Source of the DNA: Acidobacteriota bacterium
GTDB lineage: Bacteria > Acidobacteriota > Vicinamibacteria > Vicinamibacterales > UBA2999
Length of the DNA stretch: 64,000 nt
Direction: 5' to 3'
NCBI GenBank assembly: GCA_046726375.1
Contig: JBKPAJ010000062.1
Coordinates: 2,498-66,497, forward strand
The translations under genes were made by a program, and so were the position numbers. The notes under the pieces are model-generated. The model was not told the origin of the DNA. It saw nothing but the letters and a program-made list of their open reading frames with translations, and made no database searches. This document shows, piece after piece, positions 47,990 through 57,334 of this stretch. Within the stretch, counting starts at the first letter, position 1. Each line of letters opens with the position of its first letter.

Positions 47990-48331
47990 CTATTTCGCCG
48001 TTGGAACCGGCAGGACCTGGAGATCGATCTGAACGATGTGACGGCGATTCGGGCGGTGGGCCTTCAGCGCGTGGTGGCCGTGCGTCAGGGCACCGAGCGG
48101 CCCATGTGCGAGGACGCGGGTCTCCGCCCAGCGGGTCCACTGGCCGTTCCTCGCCTGGAGCCATCGCATCTTGACGATCCACTGACGCGTGGGTGGTTGA
48201 CGTTTTCGCGGTGTGCCGTGCCGGTTGCAGGTGCCGCAGGTATCGCAGTAGCTACGCTGACGGCACTGACGGCAGGTTTCGAGGTTCTGTGCGCCGCAGG
48301 TGGCGCAGTGTCGGTGTTGTGTGTCTCTCAA
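47990..48331 (-). CDS. Cys-rich hypothetical protein (putative zinc ribbon)
   Basis: 113 aa. TTG start, 5 nt after GGGAGG. HCATCGAQNLETCRQCRQRSYCDTCGTC contains seven Cys in CxxC-type spacing. No family recognised. Confidence 0.4.
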   Translation of the reverse strand: MRDTQHRHCATCGAQNLETCRQCRQRSYCDTCGTCNRHGTPRKRQPPTRQWIVKMRWLQARNGQWTRWAETRVLAHGPLGALTHGHHALKAHRPNRRHIVQIDLQVLPVPTAK

Positions 48332-48372
48332 GGTAACCTCCCTTTGCAGAACAAGGGAGTTACCTGAGACAC
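48321..48372 (-). promoter_or_regulatory. Hairpin sequestering the SD and start codon of the Cys-rich ORF
   Basis: The minus strand reads GTGTCTC-A-GGTAAC-TCCCTT gttctgca AAGGGA-G-GTTACC-TTGA-GAGACAC. The 3' arm contains GGGAGG and the TTG start. Confidence 0.4.
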
Positions 48373-48521
48373 TATCGGGCCGAAGGGGTGAACGCCTACG
48401 GCGTCATGCACGCGCAGGCGGGCGCACGCGGCACACCCCGTGCCAAGGGTTTCTGCGGACTGCGCCGTCAGCAGCGTCAGCCCCCTACCCTCTCGGGTTG
48501 TTCACTCAGTGGGATCGCCCC

Positions 48522-48788
48522 ATGCCTACCCCGACTAAAATATGCACTTGCCGCTGCCCGGCTGATGCCCGTTCGGACGGTGCGATGATCATGCTCATTA
48601 CCGCGCTTGCACTGATTGCTGTCGGTGTGCTGATCACCGTTTGTGGCTTGGCTCCGTGGTCGTTTGACTTCTCCGTTGCCGTCATGAACGGCTGGCATGT
48701 GACCGTCTTTCCTCCGCCGCCGCTCGTCGGTTTGGTCGTGATGATGAGTGGCATCGTTGCCCTGCTCGCGTCCCCTCTTTGGCGGTGA
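48522..48788 (+). CDS. Small two-TM membrane protein (hypothetical)
   Basis: MPTPTKICTCRCPADARSDGAMIMLITALALIAVGVLITVCGL...LVGLVVMMSGIVALLASPLWR. Two clear hydrophobic helices. Weak RBS. Confidence 0.35.
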   Translation: MPTPTKICTCRCPADARSDGAMIMLITALALIAVGVLITVCGLAPWSFDFSVAVMNGWHVTVFPPPPLVGLVVMMSGIVALLASPLWR

Positions 48789-48974
48789 GCCAATTTTCCG
48801 CGCTTCACGAAGGTTCCTTCGCTACCAGGCAGCACCGCACGTCGCAACTGCGTCAGCCCTACCCCACCTCCGCTTTTCCTGCACCCCCGCCGCCAGAGAC
48901 AAAGTGACATCGGATTTTTGATCAGCCCCACGCGAGTATTGCAGGGAGCCGTGTGCGATGTGATCCTCTGACTC

Positions 48975-49696
48975 GTGGCTCGACGCTGCATTTTCTGCGG
49001 TGGTGAACCGACAACACAAGAACATGTAGAGCCGCAGTGGTTGATCAGACTGTTTCCCGAGAGCACCATTCAGTCCATCGCGGCGAGCGCAGCTGGCTGG
49101 CACGAACCATTGAACTGACCTTCGGCGTTGCCTGCGCGAAATGCAACAACAGCTGGATGTTGCAGCTGGAGAGCATCTGCCGGCCAATTCTGACGCCAAT
49201 GGTGCTGGGGGAGGTCGTGAGCCTTTCACGCGAGGAGCGGATCATGGTAGGCGCTTGGACGGTCAAGACCGCGATGGTGGGCGAGCAGACGGTCGAAGAC
49301 GCGCAACCATACTGGCGTGATGATGAGCGACAGGCGTTCCGAGAGACAGGCCGCACTCGCGGCGACACGCAGGTCGTCGCGGCGGCCTATCGTGGCAGCG
49401 GCTTGGTGTTCATTAATCCGGGCCTATTCGTCGTGAAACGCATTTCCGCCGAAGGCGAAGCCGCTCCGGCGGTCAATACGACCCTGATGGTGGGCGCTTT
49501 GGTCCTCCAGGTCAGAGCGAATCGGTACACTGAAGTCACGGGGCGCATATTGTTAAACTTGCCTAGTCCCGGCGTGGATCGGACTATTCTTCTATGGCCA
49601 CCAGGCGGGGACAGCGCCGTGCAATGGCTACGTCCAGGCACCGTGCCATTTGACACCGAGGCGTTGCACCTGTTCGCACACGGGCGTCCCAGCTGA
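48975..49696 (+). pseudogene. HNH-like (CxxC...EH..P / CxxCN) protein, frameshifted
   Basis: The frame from GTG 48975 gives VARRCIFCGGEPTTQEHVEPQWLIRLFPES... and then stops at 49116-49118. The 49037-49696 ORF (a different frame) continues with ...ELTFGVACAKCNNSWMLQLES... The two halves together resemble HNH_5-type nucleases. The frame switch is near 49056-49075. Confidence 0.5.
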
Positions 49697-49957
49697 GCGT
49701 CGGCTTACCCAAACCCAGCCATCCGCCCAACATCCCGAAACATGTCCTCTGGACGCGGACGAAGAACTCACGCATTGCGGAGGCTCGCGTGCGGCAGACC
49801 GCTAACGGCCCGGAGCTGCGCCTAGCAGACACCGAGGTCAATGATTTCGGCTAACCTCCGGCTAACCGTCGCGCTGCATGGCCCACTTCTGCGCTGCATA
49901 GCTGCAGACGCTTCATCTTTCCTTGAGGTTTTCCACAACTCCGGCCGGAGTTGCGTG

Positions 49958-50041
49958 TGCCGGGGGCGGGGATCGAACCCGCACGGCCTTGCGGCCTCAG
50001 GATTTTAAGTCCTGTGCGTCTGCCAGTTCCGCCACCCCGGC
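49958..50041 (-). tRNA. tRNA-Leu (anticodon UAA)
   Basis: The minus strand reads GCCGGGG TG GCG GAACTGGCAGA CGC A CAGGA CTTAAAA TCCTG AGGCCGCAAGGCCGTG GCGGG TTCGATC CCCGC CCCCGGC A. It folds into a full cloverleaf with a long variable arm. CCA is not encoded. Confidence 0.9.
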
Positions 50042-50107
50042 TCGGCCTTCAATTGTACGAGCAATCGGCGGATCGACGCCGCGGCGCGCAAGGGCTACGC
50101 TTTACGG

Positions 50108-50821
50108 ATGCACCGGGATATTGCCGTTCGCGTCGCTGCGCTCGAATGGCCGACACTCGCTGAGAGCCTCGCGAGTCACGGTTATGCGAAAACTGCTGCC
50201 CTGCTCACGGCCGAAGAGTGCCGCGGACTGGTTGCGTCGTACGACGATGACGTTCGCTTTCGCAGCCGCATCGACATGGCGCGGTTCCGGTTTGGCGAAG
50301 GTGACTACAAGTACTTCGCGTATCCACTGCCCGCGGTGGTCGAGCAGCTGCGGCGCGCGTTGTATCCGCATCTCGCGCCGATCGCCAACCGATGGTGGAG
50401 CGATCTCGGTGAACGCGATCGCTTTCCTGAGACGCTCGATGGACTGCTCAAACGGTGTCATACGAGCGGGCAACAGCGGCCAACGCCACTATTGCTGCAA
50501 TACAAAGAAGGCGGCTACAACTGTCTCCATCAGGATCTCTACGGAGACGTCTATTTTCCGCTGCAGGTCGCTGTCTTCCTCAGCGCGCCCGATGTCGATT
50601 ACACCGGCGGCGAGTTCCTGCTCGTGGAACAACGCCCGCGCGCGCAATCAGCGGGGGAAGCGATCCGGCCGAACCAGGGAGAGGCAGTGATCTTCACGAC
50701 GCGCGTGCGGCCAGTGCAAGGCACGCGTGGGTTTTATCGCGTCAACGTGCGGCACGGCGTGAGCCGGGTGCGGTCGGGCAGGCGGCACACCCTTGGAATC
50801 ATCTTTCACGATGCAAAGTGA
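50108..50821 (+). CDS. 2OG-Fe(II) oxygenase family protein
   Basis: LHQDLYGD (HxD), GGEFLLVEQRP, and RHGVSRV...LGIIFHDA (distal His/Arg). Confidence 0.8.
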   Translation: MHRDIAVRVAALEWPTLAESLASHGYAKTAALLTAEECRGLVASYDDDVRFRSRIDMARFRFGEGDYKYFAYPLPAVVEQLRRALYPHLAPIANRWWSDLGERDRFPETLDGLLKRCHTSGQQRPTPLLLQYKEGGYNCLHQDLYGDVYFPLQVAVFLSAPDVDYTGGEFLLVEQRPRAQSAGEAIRPNQGEAVIFTTRVRPVQGTRGFYRVNVRHGVSRVRSGRRHTLGIIFHDAK

Positions 50822-51203
50822 CGATCGATCTTCGGACGAGCGCACATGGGATGATTGTCCAATCGGATCTGCGATCCCAAATCTACAATCTGCAATCGCT
50901 GTCTCCGCCAAGCTCTCCCAGACGCTCCACGTCAAAAGGACCGACTGACGGCCAACTGAAGAATCGCGGCGGAGTCGAGCTGACGGTTCGCGAGGTGCCG
51001 ATAGATCTGGTGGCGGCTTGGACGCCGAATCGCGGCCTGAGGCGAAAATCGATCGTTGCCAGCGGCACCGTAAGGTCGGTGCGCTCGTCGAGCGGATTGG
51101 CGCAGGCCGCTCACGTTTGCGCAAACGAGCTCGCGGCAGTGCCGAAGACCCAACACCACCGCGAGAATCGAGAGTTGCAATCGAAGTCATTATTGCGCAT
51201 CCT

Positions 51204-52604
51204 TCAGACCCGTTTCAGTTTCCAGCGTCCTTGGCGGAACAACACCGCGCTGACAACCGCCACCGTGGAAAACGCGACAGTGATCGCGATGTAAACACCG
51301 CGCGGGCCCATGTCGAGCCGCAACGCGAGCAGCCATGCCAGCGGGATCTCCCACAACCAGAAACAGCCGAAGTTGATCCACGTCGGCGTCCAGGTGTCAC
51401 CAGCGCCGTTGAACGACTGCGTGAGTACCATGCCGTAGGCATAGAACACGTATCCCGACGCGACGATCCGCAGGCAGTTGATCGCATGTCGCGCGACCTC
51501 GGGATCTGCCGTAAAGATCGACACGATTGCCGGCGCAAACGTGATGAAGACGATCCCGACGCACCCGAGAAAGATGAAGTTGTAGAAGCCGGCTGTCCAC
51601 ACGGCACGCTCCGCGCGTTCCGGCTTGCCCGCCCCGAGCGCCTGACCCACCATCGTGGCCGCGGCGTTGCCGAGCCCCCACGAGGGCAGCAGCGCGAAGA
51701 TGATGGTGCGGATGCCGATGGTGTAGCCCGCGAGCGCCGTGCTGCCAAACATCGAGATCACTCGCACGAGACCAATCCAGCTCGTGGTCTGCAGGAGGAT
51801 CTGCAACAAGCCGGATCCCGACAACCGGCACATGCTCCACATCACCGACGGGATCACTCGCAGATGGCGTCGCTGCACGTGGATTCTGCCCTGCCCCGAC
51901 ATGAGGACCCAGAGCTGCACGAGCACCGCGGTCCCGCGGCCGGTTGTGGTGGCGACGGCGGCACCGACGACGCCCAGCTCGGGGAACGGTCCGAGACCGA
52001 AGATCAAGCACGGATCGAGCAAGAGATTGAAACCATTGGCCAACCACAGCACGCGCATGGCCACCGCGGCATCGCCGGCGCCGCGGAAGATCGCATTCTG
52101 CAGGAACAGCAGCATGATGGCGGCGTTGCCGCCGAGCATGATCATCGTGAAGCGCGCGTTGTCGCCGAGCAGCGCGGGCTCCGCGCCCATCAGCGCCAGC
52201 AGCCGCCGTGCGTTGAGCACGCCGAGGATGCCAAGCGCCGTCGACACCAGGAGTCCCAGCGCCAGCACCTGCACGGCGGCCTGCGCCGCGCCTTCGAGAT
52301 CCTTCTCACCAATCCGCCGCGAGACCGTGGCCGTCGCCCCGATGCACAGCGCCATCGCCACCGAGTAGATGATCGCGAGCATCGACTCGGTGAGGCCCAC
52401 CGTCGCCACGGCATCGGGACCGAGGCGCGCGACGAAGAACACATCCACGATGGCGAAGAGCGACTCCATGCTCATCTCCATCACCATCGGAATGGCGAGG
52501 ACGACGATGGCCGGGCCCACCGGACCTTCCGTGTAATCGCGCGCGGATCCGCGCAACGCTTCTTTGACGAGCGTCCAGCTCATATGAAATACCTGCACCG
52601 GCAC
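51204..52604 (-). CDS. MATE-family efflux transporter
   Basis: 12-TM pattern with IPMVMEMSMESLFAIVDVFFVARLG...GTATVSRRIGEKD and a duplicated half. The start may instead be the ATG at 52583 (MSWTLVKEAL). Confidence 0.9.
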   Translation of the reverse strand: MPVQVFHMSWTLVKEALRGSARDYTEGPVGPAIVVLAIPMVMEMSMESLFAIVDVFFVARLGPDAVATVGLTESMLAIIYSVAMALCIGATATVSRRIGEKDLEGAAQAAVQVLALGLLVSTALGILGVLNARRLLALMGAEPALLGDNARFTMIMLGGNAAIMLLFLQNAIFRGAGDAAVAMRVLWLANGFNLLLDPCLIFGLGPFPELGVVGAAVATTTGRGTAVLVQLWVLMSGQGRIHVQRRHLRVIPSVMWSMCRLSGSGLLQILLQTTSWIGLVRVISMFGSTALAGYTIGIRTIIFALLPSWGLGNAAATMVGQALGAGKPERAERAVWTAGFYNFIFLGCVGIVFITFAPAIVSIFTADPEVARHAINCLRIVASGYVFYAYGMVLTQSFNGAGDTWTPTWINFGCFWLWEIPLAWLLALRLDMGPRGVYIAITVAFSTVAVVSAVLFRQGRWKLKRV

Positions 52605-52808
52605 AGCGATCTGCGCGGCTGCCGAACCGAGTTACGAGACCGACGGGATTAGGAGAGAGAGCCGACGCTGCGCACGGCGGCGTCGTGCGTGGTAATCCCG
52701 ATGGCGGCAATGACTGCCGGGTGGCACGGCACGAACATGGAGGTAGTGAGCCGTTTCATGGGATTGACCGGAGCGAGCATCGTAACCGCAAACGATACCC
52801 GCACGCAA

Positions 52809-53174
52809 CTAATGGACGGAAGTCGAGGCGGAAGAGTTCCGCATCACGCGCTGAATCATCGACGTGAGCTTGTCTTCGCTGATGTCGAGCGGCCCGGCGC
52901 TCGCGCTGCCCATTTGCATCTCGAGGTGAACGAGCACGCCGCCGGTTTCGTACGGACTGACGATCCAACTGAACCCGCGCAGCGTGACCTGTGGCGGCTC
53001 GCCGCCTGGATTCTTCTCGCGCTCGAGCGCGAGCAGCATTTCTGAAAGCAGCTGGTAAACTTCCTCATCGGTCCAGTCATCGGCCCGTGACGGCAGGTCC
53101 GTAATGCTGTGGGTCGTCGCGTGCTCGGTGCCGCGTACCCAAACATCCACTTCGATTGATCGGGGCATCGTCAT
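52809..53174 (-). CDS. Hypothetical protein
   Basis: The start is set at [15 protein letters not shown] (ATGA overlap with the upstream crotonase gene stop). No family recognised. Confidence 0.5.
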   Translation of the reverse strand: MTMPRSIEVDVWVRGTEHATTHSITDLPSRADDWTDEEVYQLLSEMLLALEREKNPGGEPPQVTLRGFSWIVSPYETGGVLVHLEMQMGSASAGPLDISEDKLTSMIQRVMRNSSASTSVH

Positions 53175-53935
53175 GAGTCGTGCCATTCCGGCGCCCGCTT
53201 TGCAAGCCACGCCTCGATCCCTTCAACCGCGTCAGCAGTCTGAAGCAGTCGATCGAGGTATTGCCGTTCCGCGGCGGCAAGGGCCGGCTCGGCGACCGCC
53301 CGCAGCGTGAGACGCGAGGCTTCGGCGGCGTGCGACAAGGCAATTGCCGAGCGTGGTGCGAGATGCCGATCGAACCAGTCTCGTGCAGCGTGAACCAGGG
53401 AAACGTTCGCAGCGACGATCGAGAGCAGTCCTGCCTCGTGCCAGTACTGCGCCGGCCGCGGCTCGCCGGTCACGATCGCGCGCCCCGCGCGCGATGCGCC
53501 AACACGCGGCGGCAACAGCGCTGCGCCGCCGGGCGGGAATGCCGCCAGCCGAATCTCGGGAAAACCAAGCGTCGCGCCAGCATCGGCAATGATGTCGTCG
53601 CACGCGAGCGCGAGCTCGAAGCCGCCGCCGAGACACCGGCCTTTCACAAGGGCCGCAGTCGGGGCGGGGAACGCGAGCAGTTCGTTGAGCAACGCGTGCG
53701 TCTCGCGGAGCAGATCAGGCAGCCTCGAAGGGAGATGTTCGGGGATGCTCGCGCCAAAACTGAAGTCCTCGCCGCTTCCCTCAATCGTCAGCCACTTCAA
53801 CCCGCGACGGTGGCGCGCGTCAGCAAGCGTTTTTCTCAACACTCGAATGACGTCGAGCGATAACACGTTGCCCGGCGGCGCCGCCAGGCCGATGCGCAAC
53901 CACCCGCCGTTACGCTCGACCAGCGTTTCGATCAC
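53171..53935 (-). CDS. Enoyl-CoA hydratase/isomerase (crotonase) family protein
   Basis: [16 protein letters not shown]...[15 protein letters not shown]...[10 protein letters not shown], the crotonase oxyanion-hole pattern. Confidence 0.8.
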   Translation of the reverse strand: MIETLVERNGGWLRIGLAAPPGNVLSLDVIRVLRKTLADARHRRGLKWLTIEGSGEDFSFGASIPEHLPSRLPDLLRETHALLNELLAFPAPTAALVKGRCLGGGFELALACDDIIADAGATLGFPEIRLAAFPPGGAALLPPRVGASRAGRAIVTGEPRPAQYWHEAGLLSIVAANVSLVHAARDWFDRHLAPRSAIALSHAAEASRLTLRAVAEPALAAAERQYLDRLLQTADAVEGIEAWLAKRAPEWHDS

Positions 53936-56073
53936 GCGAGCCTCGCCGGATCAGTGGTCGGCACGTCGCACGTAAAGTTCCGACAAATATAGGCGGCCGC
54001 GGTTCCCCCGATTGGCGCCATCCCGCTGACCCACGGCAGCAACGCGGCGAGCCGGTGCTGCGCCTCACCGGCCTCGACGCGGAACACCTGCGCAAACGGC
54101 CGGTATCGACGATTCGCCGCCCGCCACAGAGCGCCCGTTTCATCCGAACGATCGCCCACCACGACGATCTGCTCGGGAGGAGCCAGGGCCACAGACAATG
54201 CCGCGGCCATCATCGGTAGCGTCCGGCCATGCGCGAGCAGCCGTGTGCCGAACGCGCGAAACACTTCGTCTGCACGCGTCTGAAACGTCGTGTCTCCGGT
54301 AAGGTGCGCGAGCGCGAGCAGATTGTGGACTCCCACCGAACTCGCCGATGGCTCGGCGCCATCGTAATCCTCTTTCATCCGCACGAGCACCGACGGATCT
54401 TTGCCTGTGGTGCTGTACCAGCCGCCACCCTCTGCATCCCAGAACAGCTCGTCCTGACGCCGTTGCAGCTCCACCGCCCACGCGAGCCACTCAGCGTCCC
54501 CGCTGGCATCGAAGAGCTCGATGAGACCGAAGATTAGGTAGGCGTAATCCTCGGCGTAGCCGTCGATCGCCGCATCTCCCGCGCGGTAGCGTCGTCGGAG
54601 CACGCGACGCTCGGCATCCCACATCCGCGACTTGAGAAATGCCGCCGCTCGCCGCGCGGCCGCGAGATGACGCTCCCCGGGATCATGACCAACGTCCTGC
54701 GCCAAAGCCTCGCCGCCGGCGAGCACGCGGGCGCCGCGAGCGAACGCGCCAATCATCAGGCCGTTCCATCCGGTAAGCACTTTGTCGTCGAGATACGGCC
54801 GAGGCCTTGTGGCGCGCACGCCGAACAGCCGACGCCGCGCGCGCATCAAGGCTTCGCCGACGCGCTCCGCTTCGAGGCCGAGCTCCTGTGCGATTTCAGC
54901 GATCGCGCGCGCCGTGTAAAGCAGGTTTTTCCCCGTGAACTCGTTTTGCGGATCGAATGGCGCGTTGCCGTCCGGCAGAATGCCGAAGCGCAGCTCGAAC
55001 GCCTTACTGTCGTCGCCGAGCGCGTCACGGATTTCCTGTTGCGACCAGATGTAGAACGCACCTTCGCTTTTGTGAGGATGCGGATCACGCACCTGCTCGG
55101 GAGGGACGCTATCGGCGTCTTCGGCAGAATAAAAGCCGCCATCCTTGTCGGTCAGCTCGCGCGCGACATATTGGAGCGTATCTTCGGCGACCTGTGCGTA
55201 GAAGGGATCGCCCGATACTTGCGCAGCTTCGAGATATGCCAGCACCAGTTGCGCCTGGTCGTACAACATCTTCTCGAAGTGGGGCACGCGCCAATTGCCG
55301 TCGACCGAGTAGCGATGAAAGCCGCCGCCGATATGATCGCGCATGCCGCCGAGCGCCATCGCGCGCAGGGTGATCAGCACCATGTCGCGTGCGCCTTCGT
55401 CGCCGCTCCGTGCGTGCTCGCGCAGCAAGAACAGCAGCTCGCTTGGGCGAGGAAACTTCGGGGCATCACCGAAGCCGCCGCGGCGACGATCGAAGGTCAT
55501 CTGGAATTGGCGCAGCGTTGCGGTAAGTGCGTCGGCCCCGGGCATCGCACTCGAGGCGTGCCCGGCATCGGCGCTCCCCATTTCCTGCAAACGCGCGGCG
55601 ATCGTCTGCGCCGAGTCGAGCACGTTGCCGCGCGCTTCCCGCCAGGCGCGCGCGATCTCGAGCAGCACTTCGCGAAAGCCGGGACGGCCCCACTGCGCGG
55701 CTGGAGGAAAATATGTGCCACCGTAAAACGGCGCCAGGTCGGGCGTCAACCACACGCTCATCGGCCAGCCGCCGGCGCCCGTGGTCGCCTGCACGAATGC
55801 CATGTAGACGCGGTCGACGTCCGGCCGTTCCTCGCGATCGACCTTGATCGACACGAAGTGATCGTTGAGGATGGCGGCGATCTCTCCGCTCTCGAACGAC
55901 TCATGTTCCATCACGTGACACCAATGGCAGGTCGAGTATCCGATCGACAAAAAGATCGGTTTGTCTTCACTGCGGGCGCGCACAAACGCCTCGTCGCCCC
56001 ACGCATACCAGTCAACCGGATTGTGCGCGTGCTGAAGAAGGTACGGACTCTGCTCCGCGGCGAGGCGATTCAT
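53932..56073 (-). CDS. Thioredoxin-domain protein (DUF255 / YyaL-type, with six-hairpin glycosidase-like C-terminal region)
   Basis: [22 protein letters not shown]...[23 protein letters not shown] is the DUF255 signature. 713 aa. Confidence 0.9.
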   Translation of the reverse strand: MNRLAAEQSPYLLQHAHNPVDWYAWGDEAFVRARSEDKPIFLSIGYSTCHWCHVMEHESFESGEIAAILNDHFVSIKVDREERPDVDRVYMAFVQATTGAGGWPMSVWLTPDLAPFYGGTYFPPAAQWGRPGFREVLLEIARAWREARGNVLDSAQTIAARLQEMGSADAGHASSAMPGADALTATLRQFQMTFDRRRGGFGDAPKFPRPSELLFLLREHARSGDEGARDMVLITLRAMALGGMRDHIGGGFHRYSVDGNWRVPHFEKMLYDQAQLVLAYLEAAQVSGDPFYAQVAEDTLQYVARELTDKDGGFYSAEDADSVPPEQVRDPHPHKSEGAFYIWSQQEIRDALGDDSKAFELRFGILPDGNAPFDPQNEFTGKNLLYTARAIAEIAQELGLEAERVGEALMRARRRLFGVRATRPRPYLDDKVLTGWNGLMIGAFARGARVLAGGEALAQDVGHDPGERHLAAARRAAAFLKSRMWDAERRVLRRRYRAGDAAIDGYAEDYAYLIFGLIELFDASGDAEWLAWAVELQRRQDELFWDAEGGGWYSTTGKDPSVLVRMKEDYDGAEPSASSVGVHNLLALAHLTGDTTFQTRADEVFRAFGTRLLAHGRTLPMMAAALSVALAPPEQIVVVGDRSDETGALWRAANRRYRPFAQVFRVEAGEAQHRLAALLPWVSGMAPIGGTAAAYICRNFTCDVPTTDPARLA

Positions 56074-56076
56074 CGC

Positions 56077-56194
56077 AAAAGGGCCTGCCCCATTAGTTAC
56101 ACTTCAGACTCACACTTCGCAACTTCTGCCACACTCGCGTGGAATTTCTGCCAACTCTGCAACGCGGTGTAACAATGGGGACAGGCCCCTTTTT
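56077..56194. repeat. Terminal-inverted-repeat element, copy 2
   Basis: The left arm is identical to copy 1 (AAAAGGGCCTGCCCCATTAGTTACA, 56077-56101). The interior is the same 66-nt length. The right arm is degenerate (TGTAACAATGGGGACAGGCCCCTTTT). The element lies between the stop at 56195-56197 and the start at 56073. Confidence 0.85.
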
Positions 56195-57076
56195 TCACGT
56201 CGTCGCGGGTGACGCTTCGCCGGCGATCTGCGCGTGCTTGAGGGCGGCGGCGCGCAGCCGCGCGTATGCCGCCGTCATCTCCACGCCGTACAGCAGAATG
56301 ACCGCGGAGACGTAAATCCACAGGAGAAAGATCACCACCGCCGCGATCGAGCCGTGAATGAGGTTCCACGCAGCCAGGTCGCGCGCGTACCAGGAAAACG
56401 CGGCCAACGCGCCGCGCCACAGGAGTCCGGTCACGATCGCACCCGGCCACACATCGCGGAACCGCATATCGGTGTTGGGGATGAAATAAAAGAGCAGCGC
56501 CACGCAGCCGATGAGGAGCGCCGTTGCGCCGTAATCCGCGCTGTTCTGCGTAATCCACACGAACCACCGATTACGTTCGAGCACGCCCCAGAGCCAGTGC
56601 GTTGGCGCGATGCGGGCGACGCTCGCAAGCGCCAGGGCGATCATGAAAATCGCGCCGGCCGACAGCATCATCAAAAACGAGACGAAGCGGTGCATCAGGA
56701 AGCTGCGGCGTTTCTGCACGCCCCAGGCGTGATTGACCGCCGAGGAAATGGCGTTGAACACGCCCAGCGAGGCCCACATCAGCGCCAGCAATCCGCCGAC
56801 GCCGAGTTGCACCGTCTGGCCGCGAAAAGCGTCGAGCTGCCGCGTCATGAAATCGAACTGGCGTGGAAAGTAGTGGAAGACGAACCCGACCACGGCGTCG
56901 CGGTCCGACGCGTCGCTGGTGAACGACCCGAGAATCGACAGAATCAGCAGGATGAACGGGAATAGCGAGAGCAGCGCGTAATACGCGATCGAAGCTGCGT
57001 GGGTGAGACCTTCGCTGTTATACAGCTCACCCACGCCGCGCCAAGCTGCTTGGAGAACCAGCCGAAGCGGTTTCAC
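56195..57076 (-). CDS. YihY/BrkB-family membrane protein
   Basis: SEGLTHAASIAYYALLSLFPFILLILS... with a six-TM pattern typical of YihY/virulence factor BrkB. Confidence 0.85.
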   Translation of the reverse strand: MKPLRLVLQAAWRGVGELYNSEGLTHAASIAYYALLSLFPFILLILSILGSFTSDASDRDAVVGFVFHYFPRQFDFMTRQLDAFRGQTVQLGVGGLLALMWASLGVFNAISSAVNHAWGVQKRRSFLMHRFVSFLMMLSAGAIFMIALALASVARIAPTHWLWGVLERNRWFVWITQNSADYGATALLIGCVALLFYFIPNTDMRFRDVWPGAIVTGLLWRGALAAFSWYARDLAAWNLIHGSIAAVVIFLLWIYVSAVILLYGVEMTAAYARLRAAALKHAQIAGEASPATT

Positions 57077-57108
57077 ACCTCACATTATGTTTCACACCTC
57101 TCATTATG
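57071..57108. repeat. 19-nt tandem duplication spanning a stop/start junction
   Basis: TTTCACACCTCACATTATG / TTTCACACCTCTCATTATG, with one mismatch. It contains the YihY GTG start (57074-57076) and the YtxH TAA stop (57104-57106). Confidence 0.85.
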
Positions 57109-57334
57109 CGGTGCGTTGCCAGCCCGATTGCGACCCTCGAATCTCGGCCACGCCACTCCGGACCTGATCGATTGCGCCCAGGAACTTTTCCGCCTCGCGG
57201 GCAAGGCCATCGAAGTTCGCCTCGAGCTGCTCGCGGAGCTGCCGGCCTTCGTCGGTAAAGAACAGGTATGACGCCGTCACGCCGACCACGGCCCCGATGA
57301 TGCCGCCTGCTATCAGAGTGTTTTGATTGCTCAC
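57104..57334 (-). CDS. YtxH-domain protein
   Basis: MSNQNTLIAGGIIGAVVGVTASYLFFTDEGRQLREQL..., the Gly-rich TM plus helical tail typical of YtxH. Confidence 0.7.
   Translation of the reverse strand: MSNQNTLIAGGIIGAVVGVTASYLFFTDEGRQLREQLEANFDGLAREAEKFLGAIDQVRSGVAEIRGSQSGWQRTA

Noticed and set aside
47940-49957. Search for an att-type direct repeat of the tRNA-Leu 3' end, or an integrase, to define an intact genomic island.
   Set aside because: No convincing copy of the tRNA 3' segment was seen. A GGGCGGGGCATC string at ~46431-46446 is in the wrong orientation. No recombinase-like ORF is present. The segment is reported only as a decayed islet.
52649-52759. 36-aa minus-strand ORF (MKRLTTSMFVPCHPAVIAAIGITTHDAAVRSVGSLS) and a possible riboswitch in the ~200-nt leader of the MATE gene.
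   Set aside because: There is no RBS. No conserved riboswitch core (for example ykkC/guanidine-I motifs) could be recognised by eye. The evidence is insufficient to call either.
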